Shown here: positions 1 through 12,236 of the stretch, piece after piece
Layout of the letters: each line of letters starts with the position of its first letter
How positions within the stretch are numbered: the first letter of the stretch is position 1
Assembly (NCBI GenBank): GCA_050575255.1
Contig: JBNZDD010013726.1
Span: 9,764,618 to 9,828,617, forward strand
Length of the DNA stretch: 64,000 bases
Direction of reading: 5' to 3'
Origin: Harriotta raleighana
Taxonomy: Eukaryota
Notes under the pieces: generated by a model
The model's input: the letters and a program-made list of their open reading frames with translations, nothing else
What the model was told of the DNA's origin: nothing
The model's database searches: none
Translations under genes and position numbers: made by a program

Positions 1-416
1 TGTACCTATTTCTGTTCAACAAGCCTGTATTAGGATCCTTAAAAGATTTGCAGTCAGGTGGTTTACTCAAGGATTTTGTATTGCTAACAGAAATGATAAT
101 TTAGCTACTTTTCTTGTTTCAATCAAATGTATAAACTACAAGATTCTCTAGGCAGCATGACTGTTGATATGTTACCTTGGGGAAAGAAACAATAGAAATA
201 ATGGAACTGTTAGTCTACCATGTTGGTGAACAGTAGCTTCAGCATTTATTGCACTTGTATTTCAGTGTTTTCCACAGTAAAAAAATAATTCACATTCATA
301 TCAGTTTGTCCTTTATCTTGGATAAGCAACATATTTGATAGAATACCGTTTATTTATCATTTATTGTATGTGTTGACCGCTTCATACATTAATCCTCTTG
401 TAGATTTCTTCAGTCT

Positions 417-510
417 TACAGCCAATTCACTTTGCAGTATATTCAGTGAAACGCTGTGAAATATCTCAAAGATGTGATAAGCCGCTTTATCAAATCCAAA
501 GATTATTATT
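417..510 (+). mobile_element. 3' fragment of the young tRNA-derived SINE family
   Basis: tacagccaattcactttgcagtatattcagtgaaacgctg...atcaaatccaaagattattatt matches the 3' end of the full copy at 9127-9440. Confidence 0.75.
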
Positions 511-704
511 AATTCAATCAAAAATGTTTCGCTTATATTTTATTTTTAAAAAGAATATAATGCCTACTTAGTATTCCATCATTGACTTGCATTTTATAAA
601 AAATAAATAGAAAGGCTTAGAATAAAAATGTCGTTTCATTAAAAAGCAAGAGTAAAGCTTTCACACCTACTTTTACAAAATGCTATGGAAATTGCATCAG
701 TGTT

Positions 705-947
705 AATAATAATAAATAATCATTGCACGTATTCTAGACGTCTCAAAGCACTTCACAGAATACACTGTGAAGTGAATTGACTGTATATTTGTGGACGAAA
801 CGCAGCAACCAATTGTGCACAGCAGTGTCCCACAAACAGTCGTGAATTTAAATGAGCAATTTTATTATTGTTTTATTTGAAGGATTATTATTAGGCGTGT
901 GGAGTAGGAAGTTCGCCCTGACCTGCCTGGATTCGAATACAGGTCTT
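705..947 (-). mobile_element. Near full-length young tRNA-derived SINE (head truncated)
   Basis: Reverse complement of the 9127-9440 copy: (AAT)n tail at 705-720, body gacgtctcaaagcacttcacagaa...cagtgtcccacaaacagt, B-box remnant ggattcgaatac near 929-940. Confidence 0.9.
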
Positions 948-967
948 GGGCGGGTAAATTCAAAGAG

Positions 968-1059
968 GATAGAAGATCAGCCATGATCTTATTAAATGTC
1001 GGGGCCGGCTCGAGGGGCTGAATGGCCTATTCCTGCTCCTATGTCTTATGTTCTTATGT
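968..1059 (+). mobile_element. CR1-type LINE 3' end
   Basis: gatcagccatgatcttattaaatg...ggctcgaggggctgaatggcctattcctgctcctatgtcttatgttcttatgt: typical chondrichthyan CR1 3' UTR with terminal octamer-like repeats. Confidence 0.8.
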
Positions 1060-1225
1060 ACAATCAAGTACTTGCAAATACAATGATCATCCAACGGACT
1101 GTGGAGTTCAACATTCAACTTAGTTCAGAAAAGCCAAGTTTCGGATGCAGCTGCACAGAGGTACACTGTATATTTGGGGATTCAGTGTTGTCTCATTCCC
1201 CATTCCCAATATCATGAGGAGAACC

Positions 1226-1320
1226 AATAATAACAATATTCGCATTTGATACAGAGCATTTGAGATATCTCAAAGCACGTCACAGAATATCCTGTAAAGC
1301 GAATTGACTGTATGGGCAAA
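1226..1320 (-). mobile_element. SINE 3' fragment
   Basis: aataataacaatattcgcatttgatacagagc...ctcaaagcacgtcacagaatat...gaattgactgta; same family as 9127-9440. Confidence 0.75.
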
Positions 1321-1659
1321 ACCAAGCACTCAGCGGTATCACGGGAAGTGTCAACCTCATCTACTCCACTCGAGAGAACCCGGCAGACGATTGGGGAGAA
1401 ACTGCATGACTCTGGATCACGGTGACCTTCGTATCACAAGAAATTTATGTGCTAAATATCTGTATTGAAAGTAACTTTAGGGATAATGGAGCAAGTGAAA
1501 AGCAGGTGGAGTGGAAATCGCAATGAACTTCCACATGGGGGAGGTTTGGAAGGTATCAGTGCACCTTGGAGAAGAATACACGAGTAATAGGTACCATATC
1601 ATTCAGATATTACAAATGGGTTTGTGTGTAATGACTATTCATAGCTCTTCATTGTACAT

Positions 1660-1870
1660 GTTAATGCTACAAGTGTGCAAGGACACTCTGGATAAAGCAA
1701 CTACGGACTGCTCCCATTTATGCGGTGGCCTATGCTTAAGGCTAGACAAGGCACAAAGGAAACCCTTTCTGGAGAACTTCCAGAGAAAATTCCTCATTGC
1801 AAACAACACATCATATTCCTAGAAGTTATAGGGCAGAGAGACACAAGGGAGAAGAAGGGAGCACAACTTG
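1660..1870 (+). mobile_element. Possible decayed RTE-type LINE ORF2 C-terminal remnant
   Basis: Translation CKDTLDKA...DKAQRKPFLENF... loosely resembles the RTE 'YKDTLK...DR..WR....ENFE' tail; weak and by eye only. Confidence 0.25.
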
Positions 1871-1957
1871 TGCTACAGACTCCACAAAAATAATGACAAT
1901 TGAGTAGCACACGTGGAATGCCCAAGCACCCACGTGATCACCAACAAATGAAAACTA

Positions 1958-2545
1958 CAGTAAAACCCCGTTTATCCAGCACCCACGGGAGCTGGCCATT
2001 GGCAGTTAAACGATTTTCCGGATTTTTTAAAAAAAAAATGTATTTATAAAAAATACTTTTTAAAAAAATACTTATTTAAAAAAAACGNAGCACCCATGGG
2101 AGCTGGAAGCGATTTTCAGGATTTAAAAAAATATATATATGTATTTATAAAAAATACTTTTTAAAAAAATACATATTTAAAAAAAACTGAAACAATTATT
2201 TGAACACATACCATATTAACAATAGACTAAATAATAACAGAATACTGTATTAGTACTTCATTATTTATACTCGTCTTCGCAGTGGCAGCCCTCGCCCGCT
2301 GGAGGTACAAAAAAAAAACGCGACTTTTAAAAGGAACAGGAGCGAATTTAGACCTGACTAGCGGCCAGGCGCAAGTACCTGCACCAGGACTCGCGTACGA
2401 TGGTCGATTCATTAAAGGCGTCATTACTATTCGCCGGATAACTTCCGGTTCATCGAATCGGGATTTTTTTTTGAGGGGGGGGAGGGGGATGGCGGTTGAA
2501 CGGGTTTTCCGGTTCATCGAGTCATGGATAAACAAGGTTTTACTG
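1958..2545. mobile_element. Non-autonomous Tc1/mariner (Tigger/pogo-like) MITE, copy 1
   Basis: TA|cagtaaaaccccgtttatcc ... ggataaacaaggttttactg|TA: 20-bp imperfect TIRs, TA on both sides, subterminal direct repeat ttccggttcatcga (2443-2456, 2507-2520), CpG-rich, no transposase. Contains an artefactual duplication at N2088. Confidence 0.88.
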
Positions 2546-2978
2546 TATTCAAGCTATGATAGCCAGTACATTGTATCATTGCATCCTCTGTACAATATAG
2601 TGCAGGCAACATACACAACACCTTACATCCACACGTAAACAAAATTCTGAAATTTAGTCAAAAAAACTGTCAGGGTCTATTATAAGTTCTGTTTTGAAGT
2701 AGAATATATACAATATGGATGCTGTTACACAAACTTAAATGACAATGCTTATCAAAAAAAGTCTATTTCTTCTTAGATCCAAACTATATAACTGGTTACT
2801 TGACTTTTAATTATTATAATTATTTTAATAATTAGGTTAATAATAAAAATATTTCTGTTAGTCGTCGCATGAAGACATTTTCAATCAAACTGTCAAACAA
2901 ATAAAAAGGGGGCAAAGTAACTGTATTGAACTAATACAGTAATAGGTAATATAAATATATAATATATATATATATATA

Positions 2979-3373
2979 CAGTTAAACCTTGTTTATCCGT
3001 GACCAGATCAACCGGATTGCTCGACCCCCCCTCCCGGGGCAATTCTCCATTCTAGCAATCGTGAGTTTGCTCACTTTGCACAAGCGTGCAAATGCGTGCG
3101 TATGCGCACTTATTAAACTTGCGAACTTGGGTTTTTACCGATTGGTAAAAAAATAAAAAATGCTGTTTTACCGATCTTTTTACCGAGTGTGTTGGAATGC
3201 TTTATTGGTAAGTATCCATACAATATTCTGTTACTGTTTAGTCTTTTATTAACATGGTATGTTTTAAAATCAGTAAAAAATTTTATGTTGGGTTTTTGGC
3301 AGCTTGCCGCCCGTTTATCCGGCAGTCAATTGGTCGACCCAACCGAGGGCGCCGGATAAACGGGGTTTTAATG
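2979..3373. mobile_element. Related Tigger/pogo-like MITE, copy 2, inverted relative to copy 1
   Basis: Begins after (TA)n with cagttaaaccttgtttatcc and ends ggataaacggggttttaatg; internal 3211-3275 is reverse-complement-similar to 2186-2255. Confidence 0.82.
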
Positions 3374-4144
3374 CTTATCTATCAATTTTAAAAGCAATAG
3401 GAATATTATTAAAGTCACGTACCATCCTGGGTAGGCCGCATCTTCTCTTTTTCTCTACTACAGTACTGTCTATCCCTGTTATTTTCCCTAAGCTGTTCTC
3501 TGACTGAGTGTCGGGATTGTTAGGCGACCAGCCAACAACACAGTGCTAGCTGCAGGAGATACAGAAAAAACACCCTGGTGAAAATTCCTTATCCCATTTT
3601 TTCATTCCCTCTGTGGGGAGACACCTGGCATCTACTCGTGCTGTGTCTAAGAACAGAAGCTCTTTATGCTGGGGAATCAAAATTGTGTCCTTATCACTGC
3701 AGGTTTCTACTGCTTGCTTTATGAATAATCCCCTCCGTTCTTAACATATTCAAAATTCTCACATTTACCTGCTTCACAGGAAAATCTTTACAATGTTATA
3801 CAAGAGTACTAAACCCCAGGTGGTAGGACAACAACAACTTGCTTTTACAGAATACTCTTCAAGTGTGGTAGCTTATAAGAGAATAAAATTAAATATTTAC
3901 CTCAGTATAATAAAACAAACTGCAAATAGAAACATGCCCAACTTCGGTATTCTCTTTTTTGGGCATCGTAATGGAAATCTCCATTGCCACAAGATCAATA
4001 CATCATGTAGGTGACAATTTTAAATGGAAATTCACACGTCAAAGGAGACTTACATTAGCCACAGTGTTAACAAGGTACATTTGCTCAGTGGTGCTGTACT
4101 AATCGAGGGCAGCTGAAGAGTTACTTGGTTCAAACAAACATATT

Positions 4145-4452
4145 GGGTGGATTTTGGTTATACTCGTGCATCTTGTGCAAAGAATGCAACACTTATGGGC
4201 ACTTTAATAGGTCCAACTTTTCTCTTTCCCTGCAAACTCAAGAACTGTGTTAGCACCAGCACTAACAGACGTTTATACGCAGGCATTGCGATAAACTAAC
4301 AATACCACAAGGCTTTCCATTTTTCTGTGTCTGAGTGCTTGTGATAAGAAGCTAATGCTGGGACTCGGGGAAAGGGGTAGGTCAAAGTTATAACTGAGCT
4401 GGCAGTCCCATTTTGTGCGGCGAGCTAAAGCGAGTGGAACCTAACTTTCTCC
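4145..4452. mobile_element. Possible highly decayed palindromic MITE
   Basis: Left end gggtggattttggttatactcg... is patchily complementary to right end ...cgagtggaacctaactttctcc over ~45 nt. Confidence 0.3.
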
Positions 4453-5229
4453 TTGAACAGAGGATTAAAGTCATTTCACCACACAATCTTACAATTCCTT
4501 TATAATGATTCGGAACAAGCTGAAGTCACATTTTGGGGTTTAAAAACAATCCCCACCACTGTGAACCAATGTTGGGGGAAAAAAAATGCAGACTTTACAA
4601 TGTGTAAAGTCACCAAAGCAATCATTCCAATATTTTAATTTATTACCTTGACTGACGAGGGAGGTGTTAACACAGATTTCAAGCAGTAACGGTGTTTCCA
4701 ACAGTATCACTGGTTGTAAATCCATTACCATCTGCCCTGGGGGAAAATCCTAGTCCCATCTCTCCACATGGCCTCAATCGGAACATAGCTTCTATCTACC
4801 CCCCCCACCCACCAACTCTCCAACATACACACAGGTTAAACAGGTTACATTAACACTGCATCCACTGCAGAAGTCAACTGCTGAGTATAGCACCTCAGAA
4901 TTCACCTTGTTGTGTAATTAAGGTTCCAGGAAGAGATGGGTACTGTACTTGCAGTACACAAAGAATACGTCCTCTAGTGACAGGAAATCGCAGATATTCT
5001 TTCACTGGCAAGAAAGCCAATCTTCACATGCTGTACTTGCAATCTTTGCATCCTGAGTCTCACCAGCTCGACAAATACTCATCGGCACTTGTGAGGAAGC
5101 CACAGACATAGAATACTGAATATATGGAAGGGTTATTATTCCATCTCAGGCGTTCACATAATGTTAAATCATGGGAGTAAAATCTCTATTCATCTCAACC
5201 AAGGGTTTCTAGTAACTTACAATATTATG

Positions 5230-5660
5230 AATAATAATCCGTGCGTTTGGTACAGCCTCCATTGAGGTTGGGAGCACGTCTCAAAGCGCTTCACAAGATT
5301 TATTGTAAAGTTTAGTGACAGTGTTTATTTATAGGTGAACTTGGCATACAATTCGCACCCAGCAATTTCCCATAAAAGCCACGGAGGGAGCAAGTGAACA
5401 ATTTTATTCTGGCGGATTGTTGGCCAAGACACCAGGAGAAACTTCCTCATTGTTCTAAGAGTGCCTTGGGATCTTCAACGTACATCTCAACATGCAAGTG
5501 GGAACTTGGTTTTGATGTCTCAACTGAAGGGCGTCATCTCCAACAATGCAGTACACCCCTAGCACTACACTGGAGCATCAGTGTAGACACACTGAGCTTT
5601 GGTTGTCGTGTGTGAATGGGAGAGAAGCAGAATTAAACCCGAGCATGATGTTTGACTCTA
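5230..5660 (-). mobile_element. Deu-domain SINE (SacSINE1/AmnSINE1-like), diverged
   Basis: (AAT)n L2-type tail, then ggccaagacaccaggagaaac...agtgccttgggatctt...ggttttgatgtctcaactgaagg...caatgcagtacacccctagcactacactgg, the reverse complement of the Deu core; aligns with 20985-21409. Confidence 0.75.
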
Positions 5661-8600
5661 AAGATTATCAAATGTCTAGTTCAGAAGCTAGAGTACTTGA
5701 CTTATACTCTTGGCGAATATCACTCGTGGAACACATGGAGCAAATAATCAGCACATTTAACAAAAAAATAATTACACACAACATTATACAAATAACAAAC
5801 AGTAACAATATATTTAAAGAAAAGCTAATGGAAAGAAAATAGAAACATCCTTTCTAGGCCTTCCAAGACAGAAATACTGTTATGCAGTAACTCTAATCTG
5901 CACTCAATAATATATTCTGAAGAATTGTAAGCCTTTTTATAAAATCTTTATACATTTTTGAATCAGCAGTGTGACAAAACCACTTGCCTAAAATCAAGTG
6001 ACTATGAACTACATAAAAGTAATAACTTCTCAAGCTAATGTGGCAGATATTTATATAAGAGCTTAAGCATTAAACATTGTAAAAGTTACCACAGACGCTG
6101 TTTATTTTTAGAGAGTTCTTCCAGATGAAATCATACTGTTCTGAGGAAGTCTCTGTAACAGCACTCGTCTCACAGGTTTGCCCTCACATTCAGGAAGAGG
6201 TGTCAAGTGTTAAGTGGTAGCTGCAATGCGGACCTTTTCCTTAAGAAACTAGCAAGAAGTTTAAAGGTCATCTTCGAGTAGAATAAAACTTGTCAAAGAG
6301 CAGAGCAGACCTTTTTCCACACAGGCAGCTCTCTGTGCAAAAGTTTTTTTTAAAAAAATATATATATATATCTATTGCGTACGTAAAAAAAAGTGTTGGT
6401 GTTTTAATCTATAATACAAAATGTGCTATGAGGATTACGGATCAAACTATAGTTTAATGCCGGGAGAAAAAGAGACTACTGTATTATATTTGTCCCATTA
6501 TCTTGTGTAAAGAACACTTAAACAGAGTTTATTTGTATACAGATGCTACAAAATACATGATTTTTCACTGGTCATTCCCATGTAACTTCATACTCACATC
6601 CTCGTACTTCCAAGTCTGCAAAATGTTCTGATTTTCTTCCCTTGGGCCACAATATGTATCTTGTTTCATTGTTTTGGGGGTGGGGGGGGGGTGGTGATTT
6701 TAATTGCAAAAGTATGAATGACCAAATTAACATTAGCCAACAGAAAATAAGTCATCATTCACGGTGGGGATTTAGCGTTGATTGAAAGTTGACACGTCAA
6801 GTCATCAGAACAAATCTAGTAAATCTAGCGAGCTAGCAATATTGGCTGTATCTACAGTGTGAGGAATCTGGGGAAGGAGCCAACAGCCACAGTCGGATTC
6901 GGGAGAGTGCTCTACAACTCAAATTGACTTTACACCCCTTGTAACCACCATGCATAGCATAAACTAGTAGCTGAGCTGGCTGTGTAACTTATCATAAAGC
7001 CCAGTTGTCGTTATACAAAACGCTCATTTTATTCAACCAGTTTATGGTGTCATCTGAACCCACTGACCATCTAACAGATTTGTAGCACACTCCAATCAAA
7101 AATGCTTAGCTGTTGAAATTTATAAATGGGAGCGTTTATGCAATCATTACCTTGAACAGAAAATAAACTTGAAATGTTTCAACTCTGTAAAAACAACCCA
7201 GGCATTGTACTGTGACCTTTGAATAGCAGTCACCCACTTTTTGGGGGAAAAAAAATGCACATCACTTGCACCTATTGCAATTGCAGTAATTATTTGAACT
7301 TCAATACTTAAGGAAAAAATATATCCTTGACTGAACTTAAAATTTAATTGCGGAAATTTCTACTCAATTACTGTATATGCATTAATTTTTATCCTAGCAG
7401 CTTCAAACCTTAGACGATAAAATGTACTTATCTGCAACATAATTGCTATCAAGTTAATAAATCACTGTTTGGTTGAAAATGGATATTTTGCAATTTACCA
7501 AACATTTAAGAAGTCTTTACTTCACACAGAGCTACTTTAAGTAGCTATAATCAGAGTCTGTTAATGTGAACTCCTCCTAATGTATTTTATACACTATCCA
7601 ATAATTTAAAATACAGTATGAGTTTTCAGAAAAGTTGATGCTTATAGCTGAAGTCCCAGTGACCAAACACACAGAGCTTACATTACTTTCCATCTCCTTC
7701 CAAATGATCCAGGATACCACTGACAATTCATTCCCATCTGAAGATACTGTGTTCCGATACTTCCATCAGTGGGAACGCCCGAATAACGCGAGTTAAGGTT
7801 AATCAGAGTGGTCTGTATTCATATACGTTAACGAATAACATTTGACCATGAGCATCCATCAGAATCAATTCACTCGTCTGCAAGTACAATTTAATTAATT
7901 AGGGCGACTGTGACTCTCTAACCGTGTAGTTTGCGACATGGGTATAAAATGTATGGATTGTGTTCATCAATTAAACCAAGCTGTTTCCAATCAAGATGTT
8001 GCTTCAATAGCCAAGTGTCAGTCCAATTGCCTATTGCTTTACTGACAACAATCGTATGGAAGTCAACTACCACATGTCTGCGAGTTTGCATTTGATTTAG
8101 ACACCACATGTGGTGTACCTTTACTAAAATATTTAGAGGATTGATTGGAGCATGAAACAACCATGCATTTTTCAACACTTTCCAAGTACGAAAGTATTTT
8201 TATACGTTACATTATAATATAATGGTTAAGATCGATCCTGCGGAATTGAATGCTGGTTAGGCCCAAATCTTTAGAGATCACATTTAAGATCAAATCGAAT
8301 GACCACATTTTTGTATCATCAGATTAACAGTAGCTGGATATTACAGCCACAACTTTGAAGACTTACTCAGAATAGCATCAAAATAGAGTTGGCAGCTTTT
8401 GCTTTACTAATTTTTAGGTTAGTTAGGACTAAGGACCACCTTTTCCCCACCCTCCCTTTTGTAAAGCATATTAGTGCATCGATAACAGCAACAACAATAA
8501 AATTACATTTGAATAGCGCTTTCAAGCACAAAGCTGCTTTCTCTGAAGGACTATTCTGTTTTTTTATTCCACCTGTGCAAATTCCAAGAAGCTGTTCCAG

Positions 8601-9126
8601 AGAACTGTGGAGCTATTACTTTCTGCAAAAGAAAAAAGATGGAGGGGAAGAGAAGGTTGTCAGGGCATGTATCTTCCGTGAAACACTCTGTTGTGGGGCA
8701 ATAGCCATTAATAAATTTAAACAGAATAGCAAGAAGATACATTTCCTTCCCCCCTCAGGACTACACCAAAGAAAGGTGTGGGGTTTTAAATGAAAACATA
8801 CACACACCAAAACAATCTGACGTAAGATAAATTGTGAATATGTTACCATTTCTCCCACAGGAACACTGGAAGCGAACACCAAAGTTGCATCCATCCAACC
8901 TTATGCAATTAGCATCCAATTTCAACAGAAATGTTTTTCTCTGCTCAGAATGCAGAGAGAAGAAATACAATAATTTACAAAGGTGTACATCTACGTTGTG
9001 GCACCCACCATTGTACATAATGAAGGTGGAATTCATAAATGTACAGCTATTATTTCTCTTAGGACTTTTATTTTAACTGATGCAGTACGTTCAATGACTA
9101 CAACACTTTGAAATGAAGTACTTTGT

Positions 9127-9440
9127 GGAGCTCATGCAGCTCAGTGGTTAGAGCACTCGCCTTACATGCAGTGAGACCTGTGTTCGAATACAGGCAGATC
9201 TGGGCGAAACTTTGGGCAAGTTTCCTTGCCTAATAATAAACCTTCCAAAAAAACTTAGAATAAATTGGTCATTTTCAATCCACAACTGAATGTAGGACGC
9301 TGCTGTGCGCGATTGGCTGCTGTGTTTCGCCCACAAATATACAGTCAATTCACTTTGCAGTATATTCTGTGAAGTGCTTTGAGACGTCGATAAGACGTGA
9401 AAAGCGCTACATCAAATGCAAGGATTATTATTATTATTAT
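9127..9440 (+). mobile_element. Full-length young tRNA-derived SINE with L2-type tail
   Basis: A-box agctcagtggttagagc (9138-9154), B-box gttcgaatac (9182-9191), body, then gctttgagacgtcgataagacgtgaaaagcgctacatcaaatgcaagg(att)n; more than ten related copies in the window. Confidence 0.93.
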
Positions 9441-9538
9441 TTAGCAAATGAACTCGTGACATCTAGTGGGATCATCTGGAATGCAGAAGAACACAAAAAT
9501 TTTGTTTAAAATGAACTGTGCATGAAGCCAAATTACTT

Positions 9539-9690
9539 GCATGAAATAAAACTTGACCTTTCGGCACTTTCAAGCACTTGAAAACGACATCAATTTTGAA
9601 ATCTGGACCAAAGATTATAGGGAAATTTGTTGTCGTTTTCCAAGAATGCCATAAAATGAGAACGTCTTGGTACATTTTTGAAATCCATGC
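9539..9690. repeat. Degenerate long inverted repeat (likely ancient MITE relic)
   Basis: Core gaaaacgaca (9580-9589) / tgtcgttttc (9631-9640), with patchy complementarity out to gcatg (9539) / catgc (9690). Confidence 0.5.
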
Positions 9691-12044
9691 TTATATCAAC
9701 AGATATTAGTGGAAAATGAACAAATATAAGAGAATTACGATAGATTTCCCTTATCCTATATTGAAATGAAAGTCATCACTGAACGGATGATAGCCTAACG
9801 TATTTATGCACAAAGGTTTATGCTACTGATGTTCTTGTAATCTTGATGCAAATTCCAAGAAAACATAAAAATTTGCCTTGATTTTCACTAAGAGGATTTT
9901 ATTTGGTCGCTGCATCTGAATGAAGACATAGCAACTCCCCAATTCTGATGGCTGGAATTTATACTTGCCATGAGAAATCAATACCGGAGGTCAAGTGAAA
10001 ACAGCTCTTAAAAATGTTTTTCCTGTAAAATGATTCATTTTATCCCTTTATTATTAAGATCGATTACTTAAATAAAATATTTCACATATTTCCCCAATCC
10101 GCTAAATAAAAATGCCACCTTCTTCGCTTCATGGCCAAGTTTGTGCCTTACAAGCAAGGTGCTGATGTTGTATAGCATTGTATAAAATGTAAGAACAATT
10201 TGCAGCGAAGATTCAGCTGCCTTGGAATAAACACTGAGTGGGCGGGATACCATGTTCCCGGACTGAGGATATATTGAGCTGGGGAACAGGCTTAGTTCTA
10301 CTTTGTCCCAGTTGACATTATGCACTAAAGGTCTGATTTGTTGCTGGCCAGTATAACCGCACTGTGGACTTTTCTCCCCTCCATCATTGCTCTCAACAAT
10401 AAAACCAATCCCAGAAAGTTCTTAACAAATTTGATCTGAAATCATATTCATCCATCCAGGAATAAACAGATTTTAATGAAATTAGTTTCACTTGCGACTC
10501 TTGAGACATTTTTAAATCACTCCAAATTGAGGTGAGTTCAACTTCCTTCCTTGGCTGAAATTTCAAACCACCCCAATTCTGCAAAATCTACATTCTGACA
10601 ATTAAACCAATTAATGTAGTTCTCACTCTTTCATCTATTAGATAATGGATAACACATGGTAGTGGACAGTGCTCGATAAATGGTTTAGACGTTATTCACC
10701 AATGGGAAAGTCAGCCTTTTCTTGAACTTGCTAACATAGAATTCTCACTTTCTAAAAACTGTTAATTGATCTTTAACCAGTGAAAAGAATTCCTGAGAGA
10801 ATAAAGTACATCTTTGTATTGATGAAGAGGTAAGCAGTGGTCTGCAGGATAGCTGCAACCAGTCACAAAGGATTACAAACACCAGGAAGGCAGAAGGGGG
10901 AAAAATGATGGAAGGGTTGGAGATAGATGGGAAAACAGTTGTTACTTGCAAGCTGGCTCGCTGGATGTATTGTATGTTATCTTGCAAAAGCTGAAGAGTA
11001 ACTCACCCTTCGGTGGTTTGTGAGTGGAATTTGTTCAGTCTTGAACAGTAATATGCTGCTAAAAGCTATTCCTCTCTCTCCCTCTCCCACCCTCCTCCTC
11101 AACTTCAGCCCTGTAACTGGAAATACCCGAGTTCACCGCCTTTCCGAGTACTAATTTGGTTCCACAGAACTGAGACTTGTAGCATAGTTCAATTGTGATC
11201 ATTTAAGAGGTCTGCTTTGTTTAGAGAGTACAAGCTGATACATGCTCGTAGCTTATCCTTTGAATGGGGTCCTACTTGTAGATATTAACGTCTAATATTT
11301 GCCCAATACTGTACCCTAACTAACAATTGTCAAAAGAAAGGGTTACTGTTTTGATTGTTGTGGGTGACACGAGCTGGGAGGGATTAACTGGGGCATCTGT
11401 CTGTAGAACAATCTTTACACTTCAAGGCAAATTTATTTTGAGAAGCATTTTGAGACGCAACACAAGATGGCATTGCATCAAACGTGATGATAGCTGTGTA
11501 CTGAAGTACATCTGGAAAGATTCAGCCAGGTCATTATTTTGTATGGTACATAAATGTTCCACATTTTGTGGCCTTGGCATGTGGGTAATCGTGAGAAGCA
11601 TAGATGTGGTTGCTTGAAGCAACGTGCGCCGTTCAATCTTCAGTCACAGAACAGGGAAGGAGGGGAAAAAAAAAAGGTCAAGAGACCGAGACCATGGAAA
11701 GAATGAAAGCAGGCAGAAGAGGAGTGGAGAGAATGATAACTAGGCATAAAAGCGATAGAGCAGAGGGACACAGAAAATAACAGATGACAAGTAAATGAGA
11801 AATGGACAATGGTAAAACCATTAATTTACGAGAAATATTTCCAGTGGGGGTTGGAATTGAGTTTTAATTTTAATATTAGTCGCACAAAGCCTCCGTCTTC
11901 CTCTCACACACATGCGAGCTGCTGCACTCAAAAGCAGAGCAAAGTTCCTGACATGTTGTATCTTTGTTCGCCTACAAAATACAGGCTCTACACTTTACAT
12001 TATACCCTGTGAAATGCTTTTGAGACATCCTCCTGATGTGACTA

Positions 12045-12113
12045 CGACAACAACAACAAAATCACATTTGTACAGTGCCTTTCACATCGGAAAGATGTCC
12101 CAAGGCGCTGGAT
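12045..12113 (-). mobile_element. L2 LINE 3' tail
   Basis: (caa)n aaatcacatttgtacagtgcctttcacatcggaaagatgtcccaaggcgctgga; same tail as the L2 at 43490-43948. Confidence 0.75.
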
Positions 12114-12139
12114 AGTAAATGTTTCAGACACAGGCGAAT

Positions 12140-12236
12140 TATACAGTTAATTCGCTTTACAGTATATTCTGTGAAGCGCTTTGAGATGTCTAGATGATGT
12201 GATAAGCGCTATATCAAATGCAAGGATTATTATTAT
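12140..12236 (+). mobile_element. SINE 3' fragment
   Basis: tatacagttaattcgctttacagtatattctgtgaagcgctttgagatgtc...atcaaatgcaaggattattattat. Confidence 0.85.

Noticed and set aside
2227-2638. ORFs inside MITE copy 1 as a possible transposase
   Set aside because: Short, no HTH or DDE/D motif; they arise from GC-rich stop-poor sequence and homopolymers
6598-6669. ATG-initiated 24-codon reading frame ending at GTGAGT on the minus strand
   Set aside because: Weak exonic side of the donor (GAT|), no homology recognised; expected by chance
9127-9200. tRNA gene (also 46310-46384 and 54740-54802)
   Set aside because: A and B boxes are present but run directly into a SINE body and tail, and there is no proper acceptor stem; these are SINE heads
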